Source: Lama glama
Taxonomy: Eukaryota
Length of the DNA stretch: 64,000 nucleotides
Direction: 5' to 3'
Assembly (NCBI GenBank): GCA_028534125.1
Contig: CM052824.1
Location: forward strand, 25,048,001-25,112,000
Under the pieces are notes generated by a model. The model ran no database searches and was not told the origin of the DNA. It was given only the letters and a program-made list of their open reading frames with translations. The position numbers and the translations under genes were made by a program. Positions 1 to 10,770 of this stretch are shown piece by piece (the first letter of the stretch is position 1; each line of letters opens with the position of its first letter).

Positions 1-240
1 TCCCATAGCAGCTTCAACCAAGTGACAGGGAATCCCATGGAGATGAGGTAGAGATGCCTGCGTACCAGCATGGGTACAAGACTGGTGGGTCTTGCATAAT
101 ACTTTGCATAATATCATGTGTCTTTGCTAAATGATTGAATGAATGGGTTTATGTCGTGTGACTCCAAACAAAGATTTGTCACCCACCTCTGGGGTTTTCT
201 GTTTAGCATATCTGTGTATCAAGTACCCTCTTGGAGCCCG

Positions 241-360
241 CCTCCCTGTCTGAGCCTCAGTTTCCCCATCAGTAAAATGGTGGTGACATTTCTTGGTCAG
301 GCTGTTGTGAAATTCAAGTGAGATGCCCCGTGATGATTATTGCCACGATGCTGAGCACAT
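241..360 (+). mobile_element. MIR SINE fragment
   Basis: MIR core TCTGAGCCTCAGTTTCCCCATCAGTAAAATGG followed by GCTGTTGTGAAATTCAAGTGAGATG. Confidence 0.8.
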
Positions 361-954
361 TGAGCCCTCTAGGCTCTGATCAGAGGGTTCTGCCCAACAT
401 CTCAGGATGTGGGGACAGAAGCAGGCCCTGAATGCATCTGCTGACAAGTGGAGAACTACATGGCAGAAAGCTGGTGGGTAGTTCAGGGAGCTGACCTGAA
501 GAGGGTGGCTGGGTCAGTGTCTACTGACCCCCTGTTTGTTTTGCCACAGGACAAGGTTATCTGTTGTAAGGTTAGACTCCTAGGTTATGCTGAGGAGGTG
601 GGGTGCCACGTGGCCGCTGATGTCTCCCCAGTGGGTGCCCGACCCCCCCCCCAAACCCAAGTTTGATCTTTGTGCTTGTGCTCAGGCTATGGTCCTTTTC
701 ACAGAATGAGGACTGAAAACATTTTAAAGCAAACTCATTCCCTAATAGTCAGTCAGCTCCTTGACATCCCAAGTTGGATTGGGTGGGTATTTGAGACATT
801 GGGTAGAGTTCTTGCAGGGCCAGGGCTGAGTGCTTGGCACTCCTGGCAGGTCCCCTGATGGGGAGTGTGGGCTTGCTTGGCATCCTCACTGCCAGATCGG
901 GTAGAGGCTGGAGGAGAGAGGGGAAGCTTGCTCCATGTGGTACAGTTTCACTGA

Positions 955-1040
955 CTGCTTCCATTCTCTGAGCCTCAGCATCTTCACCTGTGAGATGGGG
1001 AAATGTAAGCATCCATCACAGGATGGTTGAGGGTGGTTGA
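955..1040 (+). mobile_element. MIR SINE fragment
   Basis: CTCTGAGCCTCAGCATCTTCACCTGTGAGATGGGGA resembles the MIR core. Confidence 0.7.
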
Positions 1041-1839
1041 TGGACAAATTTCATTCTGGAAAATGTTAGGTTGTTGGCACTGATAATCCCGGAAAGGCTT
1101 GGACAGGTCATGAACTGGAGGGTGGAATGGGCAGGGCCTGGGTGCCTAAAGGAATTGATGACTCTGCCCTTTGAGGCTTGCTGAGAGGATTAATAACAAA
1201 GGTAACTGGGATGAGACAGCTTTCCCAGGGTGTTTGCTTAGGGGGGCCCTCTTCCCAGAGCCCACGTCCCCTTTGAGGAGCTGTAGGAGTAGGGGCTCAG
1301 GCCTGCCAGTCACCTGGCTGCTCTGACCACTGGCTCCAGGCACCCTGTGTGCCGCTGCCTGCCCGCGGTGCTGCCCCCACCTCTTAGCTGCTCCATGTCT
1401 GTGCTCACTGCTCCCAGAAGCTGCTCGGACTGCTTGGTACTCCGTGAAGGTGGCTCCTAGCCCAGTGCCCATTGGCCCTCTGAGCCTTGCAGTAAACTTC
1501 TTGGGAACTTCTCGGGCACCAGCTTTAAGGGGAAGCATAATTAATAGCCTGTATTTCCTGTCGAGTAGGCTCACAGTCTGGTAGAGACGATGGGATGGAA
1601 ATAGTGATCGCCCTAGCTCTAGTGGACCCAAATCCCATGCAGCTCGGAACAGGCTCAGCACAGCAGACCCAGCTTGGGCACCCCGGTGTGCAGCCCCTGA
1701 GTGTAAATAGTTTGGGGGGTGGTCTGCTGAGCTAGGGTGCTGAGAGGCGTTCCTGTTTTTTAAAGACACTTGCCAGCCCATCTGTATTCATGCAAGACAC
1801 CCCCAGAGGCCTGATTGGCTGGATTCCCTTAACCCTTCT

Positions 1840-1925
1840 CAGCTCTATAACCAGGATCATGGAGAGCAGCACTCGCTTCTTACAGAAGAGGAAACTGAGT
1901 CCCAGGCAGGGAAGAGGCTCCCCTA
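1840..1925 (-). mobile_element. MIR SINE fragment
   Basis: TTACAGAAGAGGAAACTGAGTCCCAG is the reverse-complement MIR core. Confidence 0.7.
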
Positions 1926-2896
1926 ATTGATGGAAAGGGGCCCCAGAGGCTGTTGAAAATTTCCCTCTAGCCCTCAGCAGCAGGCTGCTAGGTCTCACCT
2001 TGCTCCCAAGGCCGTTGCCATTAGCAACCAACTTCCCCTATTGGTTCTGGGGGCCCTTGAGGGGAAGAGGGAAGAAGGTGGAAGCCAGGCTGTCAGTCAG
2101 TCAGGTGGCATTTGAGTTCTGTGTCAGTGGGTTAGTGCTGGTGACACCAGGAGGAGGGACAGGGTGCATCAGAGCCATCCAGTTCACAGGCCTGTTGGTT
2201 TGCTACTAATTGTTGCCAGTATGAGAGAAATTATATGCCTCGCTTTGTGCAAAAAGATGCCTTCCTGGTCCATGGTGTACCCGCCCCCCGCCTGCCCCCC
2301 TACACACAAAAGAAGAGAAAGAAGCAGAGACAGAGTAGAGGCTGACTAGGCAGTCTGCTGGGGTCAGGTTGACTGCTCGCGTCCTGGCCCAGCTGGCATT
2401 AATTGCTTAGCCCTGATGAGCCTCAGTTTACCTATCCATAAAACAAAGGTCAAGGCGCAGTTTCCATTAGCAGTGCAGGTGAGCAGTGCTTAGCGCCATG
2501 CCTGTCACCCTTGAGCCCTCAGTTTGGTAAGTGATTGCTTGTGTGAAAAGAAGTGGAAACCTGCAGTGGGGGGGCTACCGATTATTGTCATGTAGGTCCT
2601 ACCAGAGGCATAGCACCAAGGGGTTACAAAGCTGGGTGAGGATCAAGTTGGTTGTCGTCCAGAAGGGCAGACAGATCAATTGACAGTTCAGTGGGCAGAT
2701 CATGGTCAGTGCTGGGAGAGGGACACAGGTAGAATCTGAAGGCAGTCCAGAGAGGGGTGTCTCCAGCTGCTTGAGAGATTGGGAGGTCTTCCTGGAGGGG
2801 ACATTGCCCCTGGGCCTCAAGGAAGACAGAAAGTGGAGGGGAGGGGAACCCAGGCAAGTCCAGGTCTTCCTTTTGGAAGATGTGAGCAATGAACAT

Positions 2897-3320
2897 TGAT
2901 AGCAGCTGACATTTCTTTGGCTCTTAGTCTGTGCTGGGCCTTGGTCTTAAGTGCTTTGCATGTGTAGAGTAATTTAATTCCTGCGACCAACCCTGCTAGG
3001 CAGGTAGGATCCATTTTGCAGTTGACAAACTAGGCTCCATTATACTGTATAGTACAGGAAAATATATACAAGATCTTGTGGTAGCTCACAGCGAAAAAAA
3101 ATGTGACAATGAATATATGTATGTTCATGTATAACTGAAAAATTGTGCTCTACTCTAGAATTTGACACAACATGGTAAAATGACTATTACTCAATAAAAA
3201 AATGTTAAAAAAAAAAAGAAAAGAGAAGAAAAACTAGGCTCCAGGGAAGTTAAAGGACTTTTCCAGACTCACACAGCATGGAAGACCCAGTGCTCAACCC
3301 CCAAGAGCCAGGCTCCAGAG
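2897..3320 (-). mobile_element. MIR SINE interrupted by a young L1 insertion
   Basis: AAGTGCTTTGCATGTG...CCATTTTGCAGTTGAC[L1]AAACTAGGCTCCAGGGAAGTTAAAGGACTTTTCCAGACTCACACAGC; the antisense MIR core is restored when 3040-3243 is removed. Confidence 0.8.
3040..3230 (+). mobile_element. 5'-truncated LINE-1 3' end (cetartiodactyl/camelid type) with A-rich tail and 13-bp TSD
   Basis: L1 3'UTR-like text (TACTGTATAGTACAGG...GTATAACTGA...GACACAACATGGTAAAATGACTATTACTCAATAAAA), AATAAA at 3193-3198, A-rich tail, and a perfect direct repeat AAACTAGGCTCCA at 3027-3039 and 3231-3243. Confidence 0.92.
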
Positions 3321-3409
3321 ACCACACACACTTGTGGCCGCTTGAGTCTCTGCCTCACCCGACGGGACCCAGGTCTGGTGCTTGGGAGACAGATGCTCGT
3401 TAATTTGTG

Positions 3410-3510
3410 ATGTGACCCACTAGTTGGGCAGGTGGAGGAGTATCCGCCTGCCTCAATGTCTTTATCTGTAAAATGAGAATAACCCACATCCATGAAATGA
3501 GACGAGGTTC
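3410..3510 (+). mobile_element. MIR SINE fragment
   Basis: GCCTCAATGTCTTTATCTGTAAAATGAGAATAAC, MIR core. Confidence 0.65.
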
Positions 3511-6184
3511 TGGGATGGAGTGTGCTCTGTGGGGTGTGCTCAGGGAGCGCTTTGTGTGTGGGGAGCTATCAGGCAGTGGTTGCAAAATAGATACTCAATC
3601 TTAAAGCAGACCCCCTCCCCACCCCCTGCCAACTGCCCTGTTCAGGAGCCTGTGGGGCTTGGGCAGGATTAGACAGAACGTGGGCAGAGTGCCCAGCGTG
3701 GCACTGGGAGGCGCATCGCCCCTGTAAACAGTGGTCATTTTCATGATGTGTCTTATCTCTGGTTATTAGTAATTATTATTGATGGTCCTGTCATCAGTTC
3801 TGTGGGGTGATTTTAGCCTCACTTTACAGAAGAGGAAACAGCTTGGTGGGTGGTGGATCATGCCTCCAGAGTTACAGTGATTGGCGGACACTCTGAGACT
3901 CCGAATTGTACATGTCTCACTCCTGTCCCTGTGCTCCTACGTTACATCACAGGAAGGCTCCGGCAAAACAGGGCTTCCTTGGAGACAGCCTTCCAAAGCA
4001 TGCCGGTTGTGTAAGGTGAAGCACACTCACTACATGTGGTGTCCACACAAACTCTTTCCCCACTTGGACGCTTGAGCTCGAGGTAGCGGCTCTGCTCCCC
4101 CAGCAGTGCAGTCACCCTGGGTGCCGGCATGCTCACACTCATCTGGACCCTGCACGACTCAGTCTTCCAAAAACATGGAGCTCTCACCTGGAAAGTGCGG
4201 TGTTTGCCTGCAGGGTGACCCAATGTGGTTATAAAAACAGGTCAGTGGAAGAGATGTCTTTGGCTTTGGGGTTGCCTGGAGACCCTTCCCCTGGGCCCTC
4301 TGACAAGCCCCCTGTGGGTGGTCTTCTGGCAGCGATATCATGGCTTTTCTTCCAACCAACTGCTGCTGGGAAGAGGTGGTTGGCCCTATCAGTTTGCCAA
4401 CAGGGCCCTATGGCCTTGAGCATTCAGGTCTCTCTCCGGGCAGTGTGTGCCCATGGCCCGTTGCCAGGCAGCATTGGGAAGAGCTGGTGAAAACTCAGGG
4501 ATCCTAGCTTCCCTTTGTCCTTTGTGACATGGAAACAGAGAACCAGGCCATGAGCTCTTTCCCAAGTTGGGATTCGAGGCCCGCCTCCCCAAGGGCTGCC
4601 ACTACTCGCAGCCACCACGCTTGTACTGATTCTTTGTTGATTTAGAAGCCTCTTCAGGATCATGTAGTGCCTCAGGGCCACTCTTGTGGAGAGGAACTGT
4701 AATCTCTTAAATATAATAACTCCCCACACTGGACATGTTGAAGAACAGCCTCCTGTACATGAGCTCATTGGCATCTCCCAGCAGTCCTGAGAGAGCGACA
4801 ACCAGAGTTACCACCCGTGTTGTTGATGAAAAGGCAGGTAAGTGGCTTTTGTGACTTTCCGAAGTCACATGTCTGGTATGTGATGAAGCTCAAGAGTCAG
4901 AATCCAATCCGAAGGCAAGTCCTGGTGCCCAGGACAGATGGCAGATGCTTGGAGCACATGCTGACGCCCCTCACGTCAGAAGGTGGATCTCAGTAACTCT
5001 TCTTCCTTCCGGCCGGGTTCAGAATTCTTTTCAGTACAGCATTTTAGTCATTGTCAGTCGAATAACACCGGCACGCGAGATGAGTTCCTTGTCATTGGTG
5101 TCACACTCTATGCTGGAAGTCGGCCAGTGATGTTGTGTGAGTTTCTTGGCTGTTTGGATTTCCAGATAAGGGGAAGTTGGATGCAGAGCGTAACTGAATT
5201 CCAGTTGGAAGCCCCATACCTGTCTGGCAGCACCAACTGCCAGTTTCCACAAAGGCCTAGGAGGATATCGTAGGGTGTGTGGTGTTTGAAGAAAAGAAGC
5301 TTGAATTGGAGTGCCAGCTGGCCAGCCGGGGGGGGAATGGAAGGGGGTTTGGGCTAATTGCCGAAATGTGATTGAATCCTCTTTCTTGGAGGAAGCACGA
5401 ATGCACTTCTCTTCCAGGCACCTTGAGTTCCACTCCACGTTTTGATTTCTCTTGGGATGTCCCCAGGACGACCTTTCACACCACCTGAGACCCTCCTAGG
5501 ATGTGGGAATCCTGAATGGTAGAGGGGTGAGAAATTTAGGGTGTGTGTGGCAGGCATGACATTGTGGGTACCATCCTTGGGAAAACAGTCTCAGCCAAAA
5601 GGACAGGATTGAGTTCTCAGACTGGTGGGTGAGTCTGAGTTCTAATCCTGTCCTGGGCATCTTCATGGCCCAGGTTTGAGCTGGAGGTTGAGTTTGAAGT
5701 CCTCATTCAAGTTGAGCCTTTAGTTCTGCAGCTGCCCTTGTAGGGCCGGACCACAGGCACAAGTGACTGCAGCACGTCTCCTCAGCCTGTCCTCCATGCT
5801 GAGCCACGGTCATCTAACCAGTGGCTCTCTTTTTATCACATAACTCTTCAAACATCAGCCAATTTCTTGCTGTCAGCTCCACGTGGATATTCTTGACCTT
5901 GGTTTTCAAGGTGCCTTTTCATCTGTCCAGTGAGTGGCATAGTACCTCTCATCTCCCCCAGCAGCGTCACCCTCGCTCCCTGCCTTCCTGCCTGAGGCAG
6001 GCTCCCTGGCTCAGCCCCAATCCTAAATGCACGGAGCCTCTCGCAGCTAAGTTCAGCTCAAAGCCTCACCTTTTCCAGGTAGCCTGGCTCAGGCCCTCCC
6101 TTTGAGAGGACTTTTTCCCACACAAAATACAGATTTAAAGAAAGTTAGCTGTAATGGTTAGAGGGACCTTACCGGGCATAGGCT

Positions 6185-6345
6185 TTGGTGGTTTTTTAAC
6201 TTACTTTTTTTCCTTTTTAGCTGGAGAGCCTTTTCTTTAAATGAAGTCTTAGGTGGAAGGCCAAATAATAAAACAGAAAAACAGAGCCATCTGCTGGTTT
6301 AAGGGGACCGGAGTGCCAAGAGTCCTGCTCACTGAGCCCCCCACC
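6185..6345. mobile_element. Possible old hAT-type DNA transposon fragment
   Basis: GGTGGTTTTTTAACTT...GAGCCTTTTCTTTAAATGAAGTCTTAGGTGGAAGGCCAAATAATAAAACAG resembles a recurrent ancient hAT-like element; family not certain. Confidence 0.4.
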
Positions 6346-6999
6346 GTTGCCCCAGTGACCCTCTGATTTTGCTCAGCTCCCAGATGGAGAGGTTGTGCCC
6401 AGGATAAGGAGATGACTGATGATTCCCCAGGAAGTGAGAAGCATGGGGGTCCCCAGGCCCTCAGCCACATCCAGGATGCTGTCAAGCTATCAGCATTCCC
6501 CAGCTCTTCAGTGCGATGTTCAGATGTGTTTCAGTAAAGGGTCTGCAGTCAGATCTTTGTGGGACATGCAGGTGTCAGCAGTTTCTCTAATGCAGAGTTT
6601 TCAGTGCACTAGGATGCACTGCGGATCAGACAAGTGGGGTAGGGTAAGGTATGGGGTGGACAGACAGTATAAAATACAGTAAGTCTCAGATGTACTGGAT
6701 CACAGGACCTCATCTGGTTGAGGAATCCTGAAACTGTTTCAGAAATATTGCAGGCTGGCAGATGACTGGGTTGTGAGTTGGTGCTCGATTTTTTTCGAGA
6801 TGAAGAGAACTGTAGGTCCAGTTGACTCTCTAAGAAATTCCTTTTCCTAGGCTATACCTCCAGACTTTAGAGCCGTCTGTCTTTTCCCTAAGCACCTGTT
6901 TAGGTGTTCGGTGAAGGGCTCCTGTAAACGTCTGCCCTTCCATGTCATTAGATAGCTTCCATCTTTTTCAGTGATCCCCAAGTGTTCTGTTTCTTGGAT

Positions 7000-7200
7000 G
7001 TGACATAATTTACCAGTTCCTCACTGGGGAACATTAAGATTGTCTCTCATTTTCTCGTATTGTAAGCAACATTGTGACGAACATCCTCCTGGCTAAATGT
7101 GCATATAGACGTGGTTGTCTTAGATGTGGAGTGATTGGGTCGCATGGTGTGCACAGCACACTTTAAAAACAAAAGCCTGTCAGAACTGCCAGCACATTGC
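7000..7200 (-). mobile_element. Old L1 (L1M/L1ME) fragment
   Basis: Antisense L1 3' region motifs: ACCAGTTCCTCACTGGGGAACATTAAGATTGT...AACATTGTGACGAACATCCT...GATTGGGTCGCATGGT. Confidence 0.7.
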
Positions 7201-8119
7201 TTCACAGATGGAGTTTTGCTTCCTGGCATCCTTCCTGGCGAAGTTACTCATGAGTGCCTTTGGAAGGGGCCGGCTACAGAGGCGGCCTAGGCCCAGGGAG
7301 CCAGCTCTCGGGAAGTCACAGCCGGGCCTCGTGCCTTTGGCTGTGCTGCTGGGTCTGGCCTGTCCGGCCCTGGAGGGCTGGGACCTGGCTCCTCCTCCTC
7401 TGTCCTCTCACCCTTCCTCTGCTCGTCTCCAGGGGTAGGCTCTGTGGGGACGTCATGCATATTAATTGATTTAGATTTAGATGTTTTTCCCTGTGTGAGA
7501 GCTCGATAGTGGAGACCCATTTATCTGAATGCTTTTTATGTTCCTGAAACCTTGCGTGAGAGGCACAGATTGGACTACAGAGACAATGGGGCATCAGGGA
7601 CCTCGTTCATAAGATGGTTTCTGTCGCCACTTTTATTGCCTGGGTCTTGCCTGACTCCTGAGTGATGGCTTGTGTTCTTAGAAGGGGGGTCTCAGGGGTA
7701 GGGGTTTATGGGCAGGAGTGGTTGGTAGCCTTCTTTTTATCTCCCCCCTTTCTTTTGCCTAAGTAGATCATTTTGGAGAGGGACTCATGGATACAGACTA
7801 GGTATAGACTAGGATTAACCCTTCAAAACCAGGGGGAGGCAGGCATACTCCAGCCTCCTGTGTTGGGACATTGCACACCATTTCAAGTGAGCAGCATGGA
7901 GACCCTGAGGGTAAATCAGATACTTGAACCATGTCCCTCCACTGAAGGAGAGGGTGGTATTGGGACTGGAAGCCACATTTATCTGAATACAAAACTGGTT
8001 CTTACCATGCTTTTTGTCCTGGAAAATCGAGCACCTCTAAAGTTTTATTAGAATTAAAGTGGACTGTTTCAAGGTCTTTTGTAGGAGGTGAGTTGAACAC
8101 AATTCCTGTTATTTTTAAT

Positions 8120-8290
8120 TATATAAGTAATACCCAAGTACTTCTTGTGTTAAATACTAAAATATAGAGGCCTACAAAACAAAAAGTCAAGAGAATCTCC
8201 CACCCCTCCTGCCCCTCATTGTCCTCTTCCTTCTGGTAACCAGGTTTAACCTGTTGGAGGGCGTCCTTTAGACTCTTTTTTTGTATACTT
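8120..8290 (-). mobile_element. Old L1ME 3' UTR fragment
   Basis: ATATAAGTAATAC...CTCCCACCCCTCC...GGTAACCAGGTTTAACCTGTTGG...GTCCTTTAGAC, typical of antisense L1ME ends. Confidence 0.55.
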
Positions 8291-8539
8291 CCATGCAGTG
8301 GTATCTGTCTTGATGGAGCCCTGAAAGCCATTTCAGTTCTGACTGGAGGCCCCATTGTGTTCCTGCCCTGTTTCTTTAACTTCAGCACACCTGACTTAAA
8401 TCGCAGCATGCTAACGAACTCCTTAACTTCAAGTAAGCCGCCCAGCCTAGGGAGGTCAGCATCAGGTCCATCTGTGTACTTGGAGTCATAGTCTGGAGTG
8501 GCACAGGTCATTGATGATTATGAGATAACCACGTAAGGC

Positions 8540-9240
8540 CCAGTACATGGCACAAGTGCATGTTCTAGGAAGTTACCTGATTGTGCCCTTGTGTTGCAGG
8601 ATGTGAGAATGGGTAGAGTCAGTATTCTAACTCAGAGTTGTGTGGGCAGCAATTAGGTAAATAGCCACGAATACAAACTAAGCTATATGAGTAAGCTATG
8701 AATGCCATCAGAGAGGTGTTAGCAGCAGTTGGAACTCCAGGCTCCCGGGAAGAGCAGTTAACCCATGGAAGGAGTTAGGGAAGGCTTTCTAGAAGGAGTG
8801 CATACCCTCCAAGAAGGAGAGGTAGGGTTCTTAGTAATATTAACTTTAGCCCTGTCTTCGTTCCAGTTCTAAGCACACTACATAGACTTAACTCATTTAA
8901 CCCACACCAATAACTATGAAGTCAGAAGTAGAATTAGTTTCCTAGATGAGGAAACTGAGGCAAAGCGAGGTTAAGTAACCTGCCCAAGGTTACACAGCAG
9001 AAGGATCTGAGCCAGGATTTGACCATAGGCGTTCTATACTTTTAACAGCTGGGTTGCACAGCCCACCGGATTGCATGGAGGGCCTGGCCAGAGCAGTGTA
9101 GGAACCAGTGTGAGCAAGGCTGGTGTTAAGGCAGCTGTTGGCAGATCTGGGAAACGCAGGGAGTGCAGGCGAATGGGAGTGATGGTTCATGACGCGGCTG
9201 CCTGGGGTGATGGCAGGCAGATCAGGGGGCACCTAGAGTC
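8540..9240 (-). mobile_element. L2 LINE fragment interrupted by MIR 8835-9045
   Basis: GGAGTTAGGGAAGGCTTTCTAGAAGGAG before the MIR and GGAACCAGTGTGAGCAAGG...GGCAGATCAGGGGGCACCT after it are antisense L2 motifs. Confidence 0.55.
8835..9045 (-). mobile_element. MIR SINE, near full length
   Basis: AACTCATTTAACCC...AGATGAGGAAACTGAGGCAAAGCGAGGTTAAGTAACCTGCCCAAGGTTACACAGC...GAGCCAGGATTTGA. Confidence 0.9.
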
Positions 9241-10439
9241 CTTAATATCTGTGATCGTTGGGCCTCCCACCCTAGCTCTGTCACTTGAGTGGAGAGCATC
9301 TGCCCTCCCTGGCATCCTCCATGGAAGCAGCCACTCCCAGCGTCTGCCTTCTTCCCACAGGACACTCAGCAGCTTATGGGCAAGCTTCGGGCCGTGCAGT
9401 CCCTGAGCTGCTGTCTTTCACTTCAAGTTCTCAAATAGAAGACTAGTTATTATCAGTATTTCTGTTACTGCTTTTCTGAAAGTAGTTAAAGAAAATCTAA
9501 CTCCAGACCTGTCTTACCAGTAGCCATTACACACACGCACACATGTGTATGAAAGCGTGCATGCCTTCCTTTAGGGAGCCGTGTTGGTGACATGACGGAG
9601 CATGTCCTCACCTCTTGTACCCACGGCTGCCAAGGGCCTTTTGACATTGTGTGTGATGCCCTTGCACTTTGATTGCTTCACTGAGCAGCACAATGGAGCC
9701 CCTGTCGACATGCCAGCTAATTAATTTTAGCTTTGTGATGTTCCATCTCCATGCACTGTTCACGTTGTACAGTGTTTTCCTGGTGCAGGTTTGATGAAAG
9801 CTCTGGAAGCAGAGGATGTGGATTCTGACCCTCCCTCTCAGCTCCTCCTCCCTCCCCTGTCCCTTCTACGAAGGGACCTAGGCTGTCCTTTCCATCTGCA
9901 TTTCTCTCTGCCTGGTTTTCCACAGCTGTTTTGGAGGAAGCTCTGGGTGCTCCTTTTGGGAGAGGTCTTAATTATCGGGGTGTTAAAATTGAGCACAAAC
10001 CTCACTAACGTGGTCTCCTTGATGGCAGAGTTATGTGAAAACCAGGAAAAGCTGAAATTGCAGACAACTGGTAGAAAAAGAAAATAGACTGTTTGGGTTT
10101 GATACTGCCAAATTCGCTATCTGTGCCTGGAGGAGGAGTGCCTGGGCAGGATCTGTAATTAGCACGTGTGCTTGGGGTATGTGGAAGGGATATTTCTAAA
10201 GGACCTGAAATAGTCTGTCCTTTTAGATATTAAGTTGCTTGGACCATCCCATGTCGTCCTCTGCCCCTCCCCATTTTTCACATTTCTGATGTTAAACTTG
10301 GGCCAAGTATTAAGATTGGTTTGTAGGATTTGATTTTCTATTTATATTTTTCCCTGATGCTGGTATTTTGGAGTGAGAAGCCACACCCCTTACTTTGTGT
10401 TAAACGGAGTGTTGGGTTGAAGGGCAGGTGGGACCTCAG

Positions 10440-10520
10440 GCTTTCTAGCAACCTTGGAAGGCTACTTCCTTCTCTCCAGGCCTCAGTTTCTCCATCTATA
10501 AAGTGGGGGTGCTGACTTAC
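10440..10520 (+). mobile_element. MIR SINE fragment
   Basis: ACCTTGGAAGGCTACTTCCTTCTCTCCAGGCCTCAGTTTCTCCATCTATAAAGTGGGG. Confidence 0.75.
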
Positions 10521-10576
10521 CTGTCTTTGAAAACTAGTACTATATCCTTTATAGTGGAATGCATTTGACTCTGGAG

Positions 10577-10770
10577 TAGGATTCAGCAGACTTTTTCTGT
10601 AAAGGGCCAGATAGTAAATATTTTAAGCTTTGTAGGTTGTATGATCTCTGGCACAGCTACTCAGCTCTGCCCTTGTAGCACAAAAGCTGACAAAGACAGT
10701 ACAGAAATGAGTGGGTGTGGCTGTGTTACAATAAAACTTTATTTACAAGTACAAGTGGTGGGCCAGATCC
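10577..10770 (+). mobile_element. MER58A-like hAT-Charlie DNA transposon (MITE)
   Basis: ACTTTTTCTGTAAAGGGCCAGATAGTAAATATTTTAAGCTTTG...GGCTGTGTTACAATAAAACTTTATTTACAA closely follows the MER58A consensus as recalled. Confidence 0.88.

Noticed and set aside
1146-1781. 211-aa minus-strand ORF
   Set aside because: No recognisable domain, composition typical of GC-rich non-coding DNA, no supporting splice or promoter context.
4782-4843. Perfect donor CAG|GTAAGT at 4838 with a possible 53-56 nt exon
   Set aside because: Weak polypyrimidine tract, frame-shifting length, and it lies in a degenerate MIR; expected by chance.
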